Assembly: GCA_963843975.1 (NCBI GenBank)
Contig: CAWJMG010000001.1
Location: forward strand, 690,001 to 722,000
Direction: 5' to 3'
DNA: 32,000 nt
Origin: an uncultured Actinomycetes bacterium
Lineage (GTDB): Bacteria > Actinomycetota > Actinomycetes > S36-B12 > CAIYMF01
Within the stretch, counting starts at the first letter, position 1, and every line of letters begins with the position of its first letter. This document shows, piece by piece, positions 10,058 through 18,456 of the stretch. The notes beneath the pieces are model-generated. The model made no database searches and had not been told where the DNA came from. It was given only the letters and a program-made list of their open reading frames with translations. The translations under genes and the position numbers were made by a program.

Positions 10058-10450
10058 TCAGCGGGCGGGCACGCCCCAGAGCACCGCGACCGCGTCGCCC
10101 ACGACGCGTACAGCGACCAGCGCACCCGCCTCTGCCTGACCGGCGCCGCCGAGCGGGATGCCCGTGCGGACCTGTGCCGGGAACGGCAGCCGCCCGTCGA
10201 CGTCCACCAGCAGGTCGATCTCCGCGACCGGGACGTGCCCGACGCGCAGGCCCTTGTCGACGACGCGGACCACCGTCGCGCAGCCGGACCTCGCCGACGT
10301 GTCGGTCGCGACGGCCGTGGCGGACTCCATCGCCAGGCGCGCGGCCCGCATCGACTCGAGCCCGGCCTGCGCCTGCGCCACGGGGTCGTGCTGGGCGCGG
10401 ATCTCGTTCGCCTGCCGGTTGAGGGTGAGCAGGTCGTTGAGGAAGCCCAT
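10058..10450 (-). CDS. hypothetical protein (130 aa), translationally coupled to the upstream gene
   Basis: Internal ATG (10450-10448) of ORF 10058..10918. Translation: MGFLNDLLTLNRQANEIRAQHDPVAQAQAGLESMRAARLAMES... The ATG overlaps the upstream stop as TGATG. Confidence 0.6.
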   Translation of the reverse strand: MGFLNDLLTLNRQANEIRAQHDPVAQAQAGLESMRAARLAMESATAVATDTSARSGCATVVRVVDKGLRVGHVPVAEIDLLVDVDGRLPFPAQVRTGIPLGGAGQAEAGALVAVRVVGDAVAVLWGVPAR

Positions 10451-10845
10451 CAGACCGACGCCGACCGGTAGAGGTTGCCGAAGTGCACGGCGAGCGGCAT
10501 GTCGCCGCGCATGCGCTCGTTCCACTGGAACGACGCCGAGTCCCACGCCTGCTCGCTGATGCCGAGGCCCGCGGCGTACCCGACGAGGGAGGCACGGTCG
10601 ACGCCGGCAGCGGCAACCTTCGCGATGCGCGCGTACATCTCGATGCTGACGCCCTCGATCGGCACGAGACGGGGGTCGGCGGGGTCGATCGCCGTCGCGG
10701 TCGGCATCCCCATCACCGGTGCGGCACCGGCTGCGACGACGCCGTACTGCTGCGCGGCAGCCTGCAGCTGCTGCGCCTCCGCGATCATCTCCGGCGCTGC
10801 GGCGACGACGCCCTTGAGATCCTTCATCTGCTGGAACAGACCCAT
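10450..10845 (-). CDS. hypothetical protein (131 aa)
   Basis: Internal ATG 10845 of ORF 10450..11025, preceded by GAAGGAAG. Translation: MGLFQQMKDLKGVVAAAPEMIAEAQQLQAAAQQYG...WDSASFQWNERMRGDMPLAVHFGNLYR. High GC3. Confidence 0.65.
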   Translation of the reverse strand: MGLFQQMKDLKGVVAAAPEMIAEAQQLQAAAQQYGVVAAGAAPVMGMPTATAIDPADPRLVPIEGVSIEMYARIAKVAAAGVDRASLVGYAAGLGISEQAWDSASFQWNERMRGDMPLAVHFGNLYRSASV

Positions 10846-11010
10846 GACTGCACTTCCTTCGTCCGTGACGCGGCGGTCGCCGCGTGCCTGGGACGACTTC
10901 ATCGCAGCCGGCGCGCACGGGCCTGAGTAGCGCCTACTCACTCCTTCGCGCCGCGTTGCTCGGGGCGGCCAGCGCTGCGCCTCTACCGCGGTGCGCCGCG
11001 CGATCCGGAC

Positions 11011-12452
11011 GGGGTCACGTCCCACCGCGTGGTGTAACTCGGGGCCGTCGTGGTCGGCTTCGCGGTGGTGCTGGTTTAGATCATGAGGCCATGAGTTCGG
11101 GGACCGCCACCTCCTTGGTCGGGTCGGTGGTCGTGACGCCGATCTGGGCCATTGACCCTTCGGAGAGGTAGCGGCGGTCGGAGACCTGCCATTCGTCGTG
11201 GGTTTCGATCAGGACGGCGCCGGCCAGGCGTAGCAGCGCGGCGGGGTTCGGGAAGACGCCGACGACGTCGGTGCGGCGCTTGATCTCCTTGTTCACCCGC
11301 TCCAGCGGGTTGGTCGACCAGATCTTCTTCCAGTGCGCGACCGGGAAGTCCGCGAACGCGGTCAGGTCGTCGGCGGCCTCGCGCAGCATCGTCTCGACCT
11401 TGGGGAACTGGCGACCGAGCATGGCGGCGATCACGTCGAGCTGGGGGCGGACGTGTTCGGCGTCGGGTTGGGCGAAGATGGTGCGGACCGCGGCCGCGAC
11501 CATCTCCTGCGAGGCCTTCGGGACTGCTGCGAGGACGTTGCGCATGAAGTGGACCCGGCAACGCTGCCACGACGACCCGATCATCACCGCCGCGATCGCC
11601 TGCTTGAGGCCGGTGTGGGCATCGGAGATGACCAGCTTCACTCCGTGCAGGCCGCGGGCTTTCAGCGAGCGCAGGAACGTAGTCCAGAACGCTCCGTCCT
11701 CGCTGTCGCCGACGGCGAAGCCCAGGACTTCCCTTCTCCCGTCCGCACTCACGCCGGTCGCGACCACGACAGCCTGCGACGCGACCCTCGACCCCTTGCC
11801 GCCCTTCCCACCCCCGACGCGGGCCTTGCAGTAGGTCGCATCGAGGAACACATACGGGAACTCGTCGGTGGACAGGTCCCGGTCGGCGAAGCACGCGACC
11901 TCGGCGTCGAGGTCCGCGCAGATCCTCGACACCTCCGACTTCGAGATCCCGGTGTCCGCACCCAACGCCTTGACCAGGTCGTCGACCTTGCGCACGCTCG
12001 TGCCGGTGACATAGGCCTCCATCACCACCGCGAACAACGCCTGGTCGACCCGGCGACGCCGCTCGAGCAGCGACGGGAAGAACGACCCCGCCCGCAGCTT
12101 CGGGATCGCCAACTCCAGATCGCCGGTCTTGGTCGACAGCGTCTTGAACCGGTGCCCGTTGCGCTGCACCACCCGGGCATCCGAGCGCTCGTGCGGGCCG
12201 GCACCGATCACCGCCGTCGCTTCGGCCTCGATCAGTTCCTGGAGCATCACCTGAACCGCGGTGCGGACCATGTCCACACCATCGGAGGCGTTCAACGCGT
12301 CGAGCAGATCAAGCAGGGCAGACTGAGACAGGGCCATCGTGTGTAGTTCCCTTCGCGAGTTCCTTGGTCGGTTCTCACGAAGCCTCACACGATGGCCCCT
12401 CAACGCTCAGGAGGCCCGCCCGGAGTTACACCACTCGACGGGACGTGACCCC
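11011..12452 (-). mobile_element. IS256-family insertion sequence (about 1.44 kb)
   Basis: Imperfect terminal inverted repeats of about 35 bp. Left end, 11011 onward: GGGGTCACGTCCCACCGCGTGGTGTAACTCGGGGC. Reverse complement of the right end, ending at 12452: GGGGTCACGTCCCGTCGAGTGGTGTAACTCCGGGC (31/35 match). The repeats enclose a single transposase gene. I could not find a flanking direct repeat. Confidence 0.85.
11081..12337 (-). CDS. IS256-family (Mutator-type) transposase
   Basis: Starts MALSQSALLDLLDALNASDGVDMVRTAVQVMLQELIEAEATAVIGA. Other diagnostic stretches: FPSLLERRRR, YVFLDATYCKAR, LVISDAHTGLKQAI, WQRCRVHFMRN, STNPLERVNKEIKRRT. The ATG at 12337 is preferred over the track start at 12403. 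Confidence 0.92.
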   Translation of the reverse strand: MALSQSALLDLLDALNASDGVDMVRTAVQVMLQELIEAEATAVIGAGPHERSDARVVQRNGHRFKTLSTKTGDLELAIPKLRAGSFFPSLLERRRRVDQALFAVVMEAYVTGTSVRKVDDLVKALGADTGISKSEVSRICADLDAEVACFADRDLSTDEFPYVFLDATYCKARVGGGKGGKGSRVASQAVVVATGVSADGRREVLGFAVGDSEDGAFWTTFLRSLKARGLHGVKLVISDAHTGLKQAIAAVMIGSSWQRCRVHFMRNVLAAVPKASQEMVAAAVRTIFAQPDAEHVRPQLDVIAAMLGRQFPKVETMLREAADDLTAFADFPVAHWKKIWSTNPLERVNKEIKRRTDVVGVFPNPAALLRLAGAVLIETHDEWQVSDRRYLSEGSMAQIGVTTTDPTKEVAVPELMAS

Positions 12453-12486
12453 GGACGGGGCGGGACGGACGCCCCCCGACGACAGA

Positions 12487-12519
12487 GGAGGGCCGCCGGT
12501 CCACGACCGGCGGCCCTCC
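12487..12519 (-). terminator. intrinsic-terminator-like hairpin downstream of the Amt-family gene
   Basis: A perfect 13-bp GC-rich stem, GGAGGGCCGCCGG (12487-12499) with CCGGCGGCCCTCC (12507-12519), and a 7-nt loop. On the minus strand it is followed by TCTGTCGTC. Confidence 0.6.
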
Positions 12520-12555
12520 CCGTGTGCAGTAGGTGCACCCGAAACGCTGTCCGAG

Positions 12556-13957
12556 CTACTCGGTCTCGGCGGCGGACCTCGATCCTCGTGCGTCGACGAC
12601 CTCGACCGGCTCGTCGTGGTACGGCGACGGCGGGGTCTCCCAGTAGTGGTCGTCGAGACCCTTCGAGCTCCTCGTGCTCCTCCACCCGGAGGCCGATCGT
12701 CTTCTCAAGGCCGACGATCACGATGAGACCCGTCACGCCGGCGAACGCCACCGTGAGGACGACGCCGAGAGCCTGCATCCCGAGGCTGATCGTCGCGTGC
12801 TGCGCGGCGTACTCGCCCTCGAGCCCGAAGAATCCGCCGGTCTTCACGCCAGCCCCGACCACGCCCGCGGCGAGCGCGCCGAAGATGCCGCCGCCGAGGG
12901 CCAGCGGCACGATCTTCTTGTCGTCGATGCGCAACCGGTGGAGCAGCTTGTAGGTCCCGTAGACGACGAACGTCCCGACGAACGACACCACGAGGGTCTG
13001 CCACGGCTTGGCGATGTCGAGGCACGCACCGGCGCTGATGTAGCCGGCGGCCACACCGATCAGTGCGAAGAGCGGGTTCTTGGTGCGGTACGCGATCAGC
13101 GCACCCGCGAGCCCGCCGCCGATGTAGCTCACGAAGACGTTGAGCATGGCGACACCGAACCCGCTGGTGGTCAACGAGATGCCGAAGTAGCCGGAGTCAC
13201 CGATCCAGTAGCCGCAGCCGAGGAAGGCGAACGGCGCAGCGAACATGAGCAGTGCGATGCCGAGCCCGGGGAACCCGAAGTTGTGCGGGATCGGGCCCAT
13301 GGTCTTGTCGTGAGGTGCGAAGGCTCCGAGCCGAGGACCGGCACGCCAGGCCAGGATCAGCGCCCACACCCCTACGACGATGTAGAGGGAGTAGACCCCG
13401 ATGTAGTCGTGAAGCCCGTTGTTCGTCAACGGGCTCAGCGACCCCCACGTGAAGTACAGCGCGATGGGGATCACCAGACCGCCGGCGATGGCCCCCATCA
13501 CGTACATCGGTGCAGCCTTGACGCGCTCGAGGCCGGCGGAGTGGATCAGCACGGCGCCGACGGCGGCGTAGGCCATGAAGAAGGCCATGAAGATCTGGAA
13601 GACGTCGTTCTCCGGCGCCACGGCGGGGTCGAGCTGCTGGGAGAAGGTCTGGGCGTTCGTCCCGAGCGCCCACCAGTCCTTGATGGCCGACGAGATCGGG
13701 TTCGGGACTCCGAAGGCTTGGTAGAACTGCACCTGCCAGATCGCGTAGCCGATGAGCCACATGAACCCGGCGCCGATCAGCGCGACGACGATCTTCTGCA
13801 CCCAGTTGTCGAGGGTGTTCTTGCGGCGGACCAGCCCCCCGTCGATCAGGCCCACCGCTCCCACGATGAGGATCAGGCACACAGTGGCGACGCCGTAGAA
13901 GAAGTCGAGCAGGAACAGGTGATCACTCACCTGGTCCGGAAAGAAGGGGGGTTCCAT
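12556..13957 (-). pseudogene. Amt/MEP/Rh-family (ammonium-transporter-like) membrane protein with a C-terminal frameshift
   Basis: Family-like stretches: LIDGGLVRRKNTLDNWVQ, AGLERVKAAPMYVMG, PHNFG, GLRVEEHEELEG. After ...EELEG the track ORF becomes Arg-rich and runs into the IS. Removing 1 nt near 12658 gives ...EGLDDHYWETPPSPYHDEPVEVVDARGSRSAAETE with a stop at 12556-12558, the conserved EGLD ending of the family. Confidence 0.8.
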
Positions 13958-14040
13958 AGCGGGCTCCTCGCGGTCTGGCCCGGACGTTCGTCCGGACGCC
14001 GTGCGCTGCCTCCCGGAGTCCGGTGCAGCGAGTGGAACCG

Positions 14041-14072
14041 ATTATGGTGATCGTGTGCCGTGCGTCAATACC
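14041..14072 (-). promoter_or_regulatory. candidate sigma-70-type promoter of the Amt-family gene
   Basis: The minus strand reads GGTATTGACG-16 nt-CATAAT. The -35 TTGACG is at 14068-14063 and the -10 at 14046-14041, about 80 nt upstream of ATG 13957. It lies in an AT-rich island. Confidence 0.4.
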
Positions 14073-14250
14073 TTCAGCATTTTCAAGGGAGATTGCCTTC
14101 TTGCGATAATAGAAACGTAACAAGCACGCGAGAAATGCGCTGCTCGACTAGAACGTCGGAGCGTTCCAGCCCGCACCCGTGAACCAGCAGGTCGGCGGGA
14201 GTGACGCGTCTGCCTGCGACGCCGACTGGGCGACCGCGACCGGCTACCTG

Positions 14251-15737
14251 CTAGCCGGCCCGAGCCGCGAGCGCCGTGATCCGGGCGCCGACCGAGTCCG
14301 GGCGGGCTCGCACCGCCGTCCGGTGCGCCGACTCCGCGTGCCAGACGTCGACGCTGCCCCCACGCAGCCGTGCCAGGTGATGGCTCGGTACTCCGAACAG
14401 AGCTGCCAGCCGGCGCAGGCTCCGGGCCGAGGGCCGGCCGGAGCCGGACTCCCACTTGCCGACCGTGCGCGGATCGACCCCGACACATCGGCCCATCTGG
14501 GCACGCGACAGGCCTGACGATTCACGCAGCTCCCGCAGGACCGCGGGGAGATCCCCGGGCCCGCGTCTCGCCACGTCAGGTCGCGTCGGCTCCGTGACAC
14601 CCAGAGCCGCGCAGAGGCTCTCGACATCCCACCGCAGGGCCCGGGCAAGGGGCGCATGCCAGGACCGACCCGGACGTGCACCAGCCTCCCAGGCGGAGAT
14701 GGTGGTCTGACTTGCTCCCAGATGACGGCCCAACTGGCGCTGGGTGATCCCGGCTGCTGACGCCTCGCCGCCAGCGCGGAGACAGGAGGTGTCGGTGCGG
14801 CACGAAGCGGTCGGCGCAGCTCCGGGAGATTCGGCCACAGGTCCTGGCCGACGAGAGCGCTCAGCCCGTCGACGACCACCACCGGAACCGGACGAGCACC
14901 CCGTACCCAGTCGCGCAAGGCTGCATCGCTCACTCCCAGCGCGCGGGCGGCGGTCTGCTCGTCGACACGACGAGCGGCCAGGAGCAGCGCCAGGCCGGGC
15001 AACCGGCCGGCGAACTGCCGGCGGCGCGGACGGTAGTCCTCGAACAGGGAGACCGCCCTCTGCTGCGGCATGCCGAGCGCCTGCGCGATCCGCAGCACGT
15101 CCAGACGATGAGGCGTCCGTTCGCCGCTCTCCCATCGGGACAGCGTCGCCTGGCCGATCGAGAGCCGTCGCGCCAGCTCTGCCTGGCTGATGCCACGGTC
15201 GAGGCGGGCCAGCACCAGAGGGGTGGCGTCGCTGCTCTCGGTCGTGGACGCACGGCGGATGGGATCGGGGCCGGCGGCAGCACGCAGCACCGCCCGGTCC
15301 ACCGACCACAGCGCCGCCAGGCGGGCCAGCACTTGGGGTGAGGGGACAGTTCCACGCTCCCACCGACCCACCGCGCCCGGCGACACACCCAGCAGGCTCG
15401 CCGCGGCGCTCTGGGTGAGCCCTTCGCTCGTCCGCCACGACGTGAACAACGACGCCAGGCTGGCGGCTCCTTGGTCGAAGGCAGCATCGACGTTCCACCG
15501 TTGCGAGACGGTCGGCAGCGCCGCGGACGCCGGTACGCCGAGACGACGACCCAGAAGGAGCCGCGCGGCATCGGGGACCTCCTGCGCCCCCGACTCCCAC
15601 GCCAGGTACTCCGCGGTGCTCGCGCCGAGACTGCGAGCGGCGTCGTGCGGCGCCCAGCCGCGACCGAGGCGCCAGGCACGGAGGACGGCGTCCGGCTCCG
15701 GGCAGCGCTCCCCCTCCGTCGGTGGCGTCGGCGTCAA
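14251..15737 (-). pseudogene. multi-HTH (six tandem XRE/Cro-C1-type helix-turn-helix domains) putative DNA-binding protein, one frameshift
   Basis: ORFs 14244..16010 and 14251..16035 each carry part of the protein. The six repeats fit the pattern LRxxRxxxG(L/I/W)(S/T)QxxxAxxLG(V/A)SxxxxxxWExG:
- AVLRAWRLGRGWAPHDAARSLGASTAEYLAWESG
- WRTSEGLTQSAAASLLGVSPGAVGRWERG
- LDRGISQAELARRLSIGQATLSRWESG
- RRVDEQTAARALGVSDAALRDWVRG
- AAGITQRQLGRHLGASQTTISAWEAG
- RESSGLSRAQMGRCVGVDPRTVGKWESG
The frame switch lies near 14755-14780. The TTG start at 15737 overlaps the fgd stop (TTGA). Confidence 0.7.
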
Positions 15738-16735
15738 CTCCCCGCACCCCGCAGCAGGGGCAGGACGTCGTGGCTGAACTGCGTGAGGAACCGACGCTGG
15801 TCGTGCCCCGGCGCATGGATGACCAGGTCCTGGAAGCCCAGGTCGAGGTACGGCTTGATCCGTGCCGCGACATCCTCCGGGTCGTTGGACACGATGAAGC
15901 GGGTGTGGGCGTTGGCGATGTTGGCGTCGGCGACCCGTTCCATCTCGAGCGGATCCTCGATGCCGGTCTTCTGCTCGCTCGAGAGCGAGAGCGCAGCCCA
16001 GAACCCGCACGCCTCGTACGCGTGGTCCAGGTCATGGTCGTACGAGACCTTCACCTCGATCATCCGCCGGATGTCATTGACGTCGCGCCCAGCCTCGGCG
16101 GCACCGGCAGCGACGTTCTCCAGCAACGTCTCGTACAGCTCGGGGGGCTTGCCGCTCGTGCAGATGAAGCCGTCGCCCGTCCGACCGGCGAGCTTGGCTG
16201 CCAGCGGTCCGGATGCCGCGAAGAACACAGGGATCGGTGTCTCCGGTCGGTCGTACACGGTGGCCTTCTCCGTGCGGTAGAACTCACCCTCGAAGTCCAC
16301 CCGCTCCTCCGACCACAACCGCCGCATGAGCTCGACCGCCTCGGCCATGCGCAGCCGCCTCTCCTTGGGCGCCGGGAACTCCGCACCCGTCGCCGGCACC
16401 TCGTTCATCGCCTCGCCCGTCCCGATGCCGAGGAAGATCCGACCCGGTGCGAGCGAGTTCAACGTCGCGAACGACTGCGCGACGATCGAGGGGTGGTACC
16501 GGAGCATCGGCGTCATCACGCTCGTGCCGAGGGCGACGCAACTCGTCACCTGGGTCATCGCGCCGAGCCAGGGGATCACCGCCGGCGAGTGACCACCGTT
16601 GTGCCGCCACGGCTGGAAGTGGTCCGACACCCCCACCACGTCGAAGCCCGACTCCTCCGCGACCACGGAGACCTCGAGCAGCTCCTTCGGGTCGAACTGC
16701 TCGGCAGAGGCCTTGTACCCGATGCGGATCGTCAT
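15734..16735 (-). CDS. fgd: F420-dependent glucose-6-phosphate dehydrogenase (LLM class)
   Basis: Starts MTIRIGYKASAEQFDPKELLEVSVVAEESGFDVVGVSDHFQPWRHNGGHSP. Further matches: GIGTGEAMNE, GDGFICTSGK, IEVKVSYD, LSLSSEQK, VIHAPGHDQRRFL. This closely parallels mycobacterial Fgd1 as I recall it. GAGGAG lies upstream of ATG 16735. Confidence 0.9.
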   Translation of the reverse strand: MTIRIGYKASAEQFDPKELLEVSVVAEESGFDVVGVSDHFQPWRHNGGHSPAVIPWLGAMTQVTSCVALGTSVMTPMLRYHPSIVAQSFATLNSLAPGRIFLGIGTGEAMNEVPATGAEFPAPKERRLRMAEAVELMRRLWSEERVDFEGEFYRTEKATVYDRPETPIPVFFAASGPLAAKLAGRTGDGFICTSGKPPELYETLLENVAAGAAEAGRDVNDIRRMIEVKVSYDHDLDHAYEACGFWAALSLSSEQKTGIEDPLEMERVADANIANAHTRFIVSNDPEDVAARIKPYLDLGFQDLVIHAPGHDQRRFLTQFSHDVLPLLRGAGS

Positions 16736-16820
16736 GCGGTGCTCCTCGAGGTCTCGTGGACGGTCGCCGCGTGCCCGCGCCACATCGTCGCGACGAGGCC
16801 GAAGGTGGGAGGCGACTACA

Positions 16821-16910
16821 GTAATCGTTTCAACCGCTATGCTAGAGTCGATTCACGCTGTGTTTCAAGCCGTCAAGGCATAGTCTGGCCGAGAAACACG
16901 AAACGATTAC
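16821..16910. promoter_or_regulatory. nested inverted repeats in the fgd / SnoaL divergent intergenic region
   Basis: GTAATCGTTTC (16821-16831) and GAAACGATTAC (16900-16910) are perfect 11-bp reverse complements 68 bp apart. An inner pair, GTGTTTC (16860-16866) and GAAACAC (16893-16899), sits inside them. Together this gives four GTTTC/GAAAC units. The 3' arm ends just before the GGAGG SD of the SnoaL-like gene. Confidence 0.5.
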
Positions 16911-16923
16911 TCCCGGAGGTACG

Positions 16924-17301
16924 GTGGACGAGCACAGGGTCCTCGAGCAGTTCATCGACGCCTGGGCCAGGCGCGACGTGGACGCGCTGATGGAGCTCAT
17001 GACCGAGACCTGCGTCTTCCGCTCCTCGATCGGCCCCGAGCCCGGGACGACGTTCACCGGCACTGCGGCCGTGCGCGGGGCCTACGCCCGGCTGCTCGAC
17101 CCGGCGAACCCCCCAGCAGGCACCACCGAGCAGCTGGAGATCACCACCGGCGACGGCGTCGGCGTCGTCCGCTGGACCGCGCGCGACTCGGCCCCGGACG
17201 GCCGTCCCGTCATCACGAGAGCCGTCGACGTGTTCGAGTTCGACGGAGTCCGCATCGCGGTCAAGGACACCTATCGCAAGGTGCTGGGCGACGCCCCCTG
17301 A
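16924..17301 (+). CDS. SnoaL-like / NTF2-superfamily protein
   Basis: 125 aa with a GTG start after GGAGG. The N-terminus LEQFIDAWARRDVDALMELMTETCVF and the C-terminal VDVFEFDGVRIAVKDTYRK are typical of SnoaL-like polyketide-cyclase-fold proteins. Confidence 0.75.
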   Translation: MDEHRVLEQFIDAWARRDVDALMELMTETCVFRSSIGPEPGTTFTGTAAVRGAYARLLDPANPPAGTTEQLEITTGDGVGVVRWTARDSAPDGRPVITRAVDVFEFDGVRIAVKDTYRKVLGDAP

Positions 17302-17310
17302 TCGATCAGC

Positions 17311-18261
17311 TCACGGGGTCGCACTGCCGGCGGTGGGGGGCTGATCGCGACCCTCGACCATGGAGTCGACCAGGGACCAGAACCCTCCCGAGTCCACCGC
17401 GGTGACCATGGTGACCGACCGGCCGGCCGGTGCCGATTCCTCATGGATCACCAGCTTCCCGCGCAGACTGTCGTCGACCGCGACGCTCGCGTGAACGGTC
17501 TCGGACCGGGTCACCATGGTCGGATCCAGCGCGACCGCCATCGCGAGGGGATCGGGGAGATCGGCGTTCCCGTGCAGACCGCGGTCGCTGTACCAGCGCA
17601 CCGCCCCACGCGTGACCGCGATCGCGAAGTCGGCGCGCGGTGACGCCAGCGCGCGCCAACGATCCAGCCGGTCGCTGGAGAGTCCGGTGAAGTCCCGCGC
17701 GGCGTCACAGCCGATGAAGGTCAGCGGGACGCCGGATTCCAGCACGAGGGCGGCGGCCTCGGGGTCGCACCAGAGGTTGTACTCGGCCTGCTGCGTGATG
17801 TTGCCCCGCCCCAGGGTGCCGGCCATGCAGTAGATCGCGCGGTACTTCCCCAGCGAGGCCGGGTCGCGCTCGAGCGCCTTCGCAAGGTTGGTGAAGGGAC
17901 CGAGCGTCACGAGGGTGACGGCACCGGGATCACGAGAAGGGATGTCGACGAGGACGTCGACCGCGTCTCCGTCACGCGGCACCCCCCGAGGAGCGGGAAG
18001 CTGCGAGTCGCCCATGCCGTCGGACCCGTGGACGTGCTGGGCAGTCTGCAGCGGGCGGACGAGCGGTCGCGTCTCACCGACGTAGACCGGAACATCGATG
18101 CCCCAGAACTCGAGCGCCGACAAGGCATTCCGGGTGCCGAGCTCCACGGGGACGTTGCCGGCGACAATGGTGACCGCCTCGATGGTCGCGTCGGCTGCGG
18201 ACGCGAGCATCAGCGCGACGGCGTCGTCGCTGGCGGTGTCGGTGTCGATCACCAGCCTCAT
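17311..18261 (-). CDS. nucleoside hydrolase (IU-NH family)
   Basis: MRLVIDTDTASDDAVALMLA carries the DTDxxxDD Ca/ribose-binding motif. Also seen: LVTLGPFTNLA and EYNLWCDPEAA. The internal ATG 18261 is preferred over the track start at 18333. Confidence 0.85.
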   Translation of the reverse strand: MRLVIDTDTASDDAVALMLASAADATIEAVTIVAGNVPVELGTRNALSALEFWGIDVPVYVGETRPLVRPLQTAQHVHGSDGMGDSQLPAPRGVPRDGDAVDVLVDIPSRDPGAVTLVTLGPFTNLAKALERDPASLGKYRAIYCMAGTLGRGNITQQAEYNLWCDPEAAALVLESGVPLTFIGCDAARDFTGLSSDRLDRWRALASPRADFAIAVTRGAVRWYSDRGLHGNADLPDPLAMAVALDPTMVTRSETVHASVAVDDSLRGKLVIHEESAPAGRSVTMVTAVDSGGFWSLVDSMVEGRDQPPTAGSATP

Positions 18262-18456
18262 CGCGCGCTCACCGCGCGCGGCCGGCCCCACGACCCCGTC
18301 GACGCCGAGGGATGCTCGCTCGCAGCAGGCCATGCGGCCGGTGCCGAGGGGTGGTGGCGCAAGGCCATGAGGGCCGCTGCAACGCCGGGAATGGCAGGCC
18401 CGCAGCCCAGAGGCGGGGGGACGCGGCGACCGCTTCGCGGATCATCGCCCCAGCGG

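Noticed and set aside
12674-14050. 458-aa plus-strand ORF opposite the Amt-family gene
   Set aside because: The minus-strand product is a coherent multi-TM transporter. The plus-strand translation is charged and Asp/Glu/Arg-rich with no hydrophobic logic.
14073-14130. GlnR-type box (gTnAc-n6-GaAAc) upstream of the Amt-family promoter
   Set aside because: GAAAC and GTAAC pentamers are present (AGAAACGTAACAAGCACGCGAGAAAT). However, I could not fit the required 6-nt spacing in either orientation, so I make no claim.
15722-16990. 422-aa plus-strand ORF opposite fgd
   Set aside because: fgd on the minus strand matches a well-known enzyme end to end. The plus-strand ORF also crosses the AT-rich intergenic region, which is implausible for a real gene.
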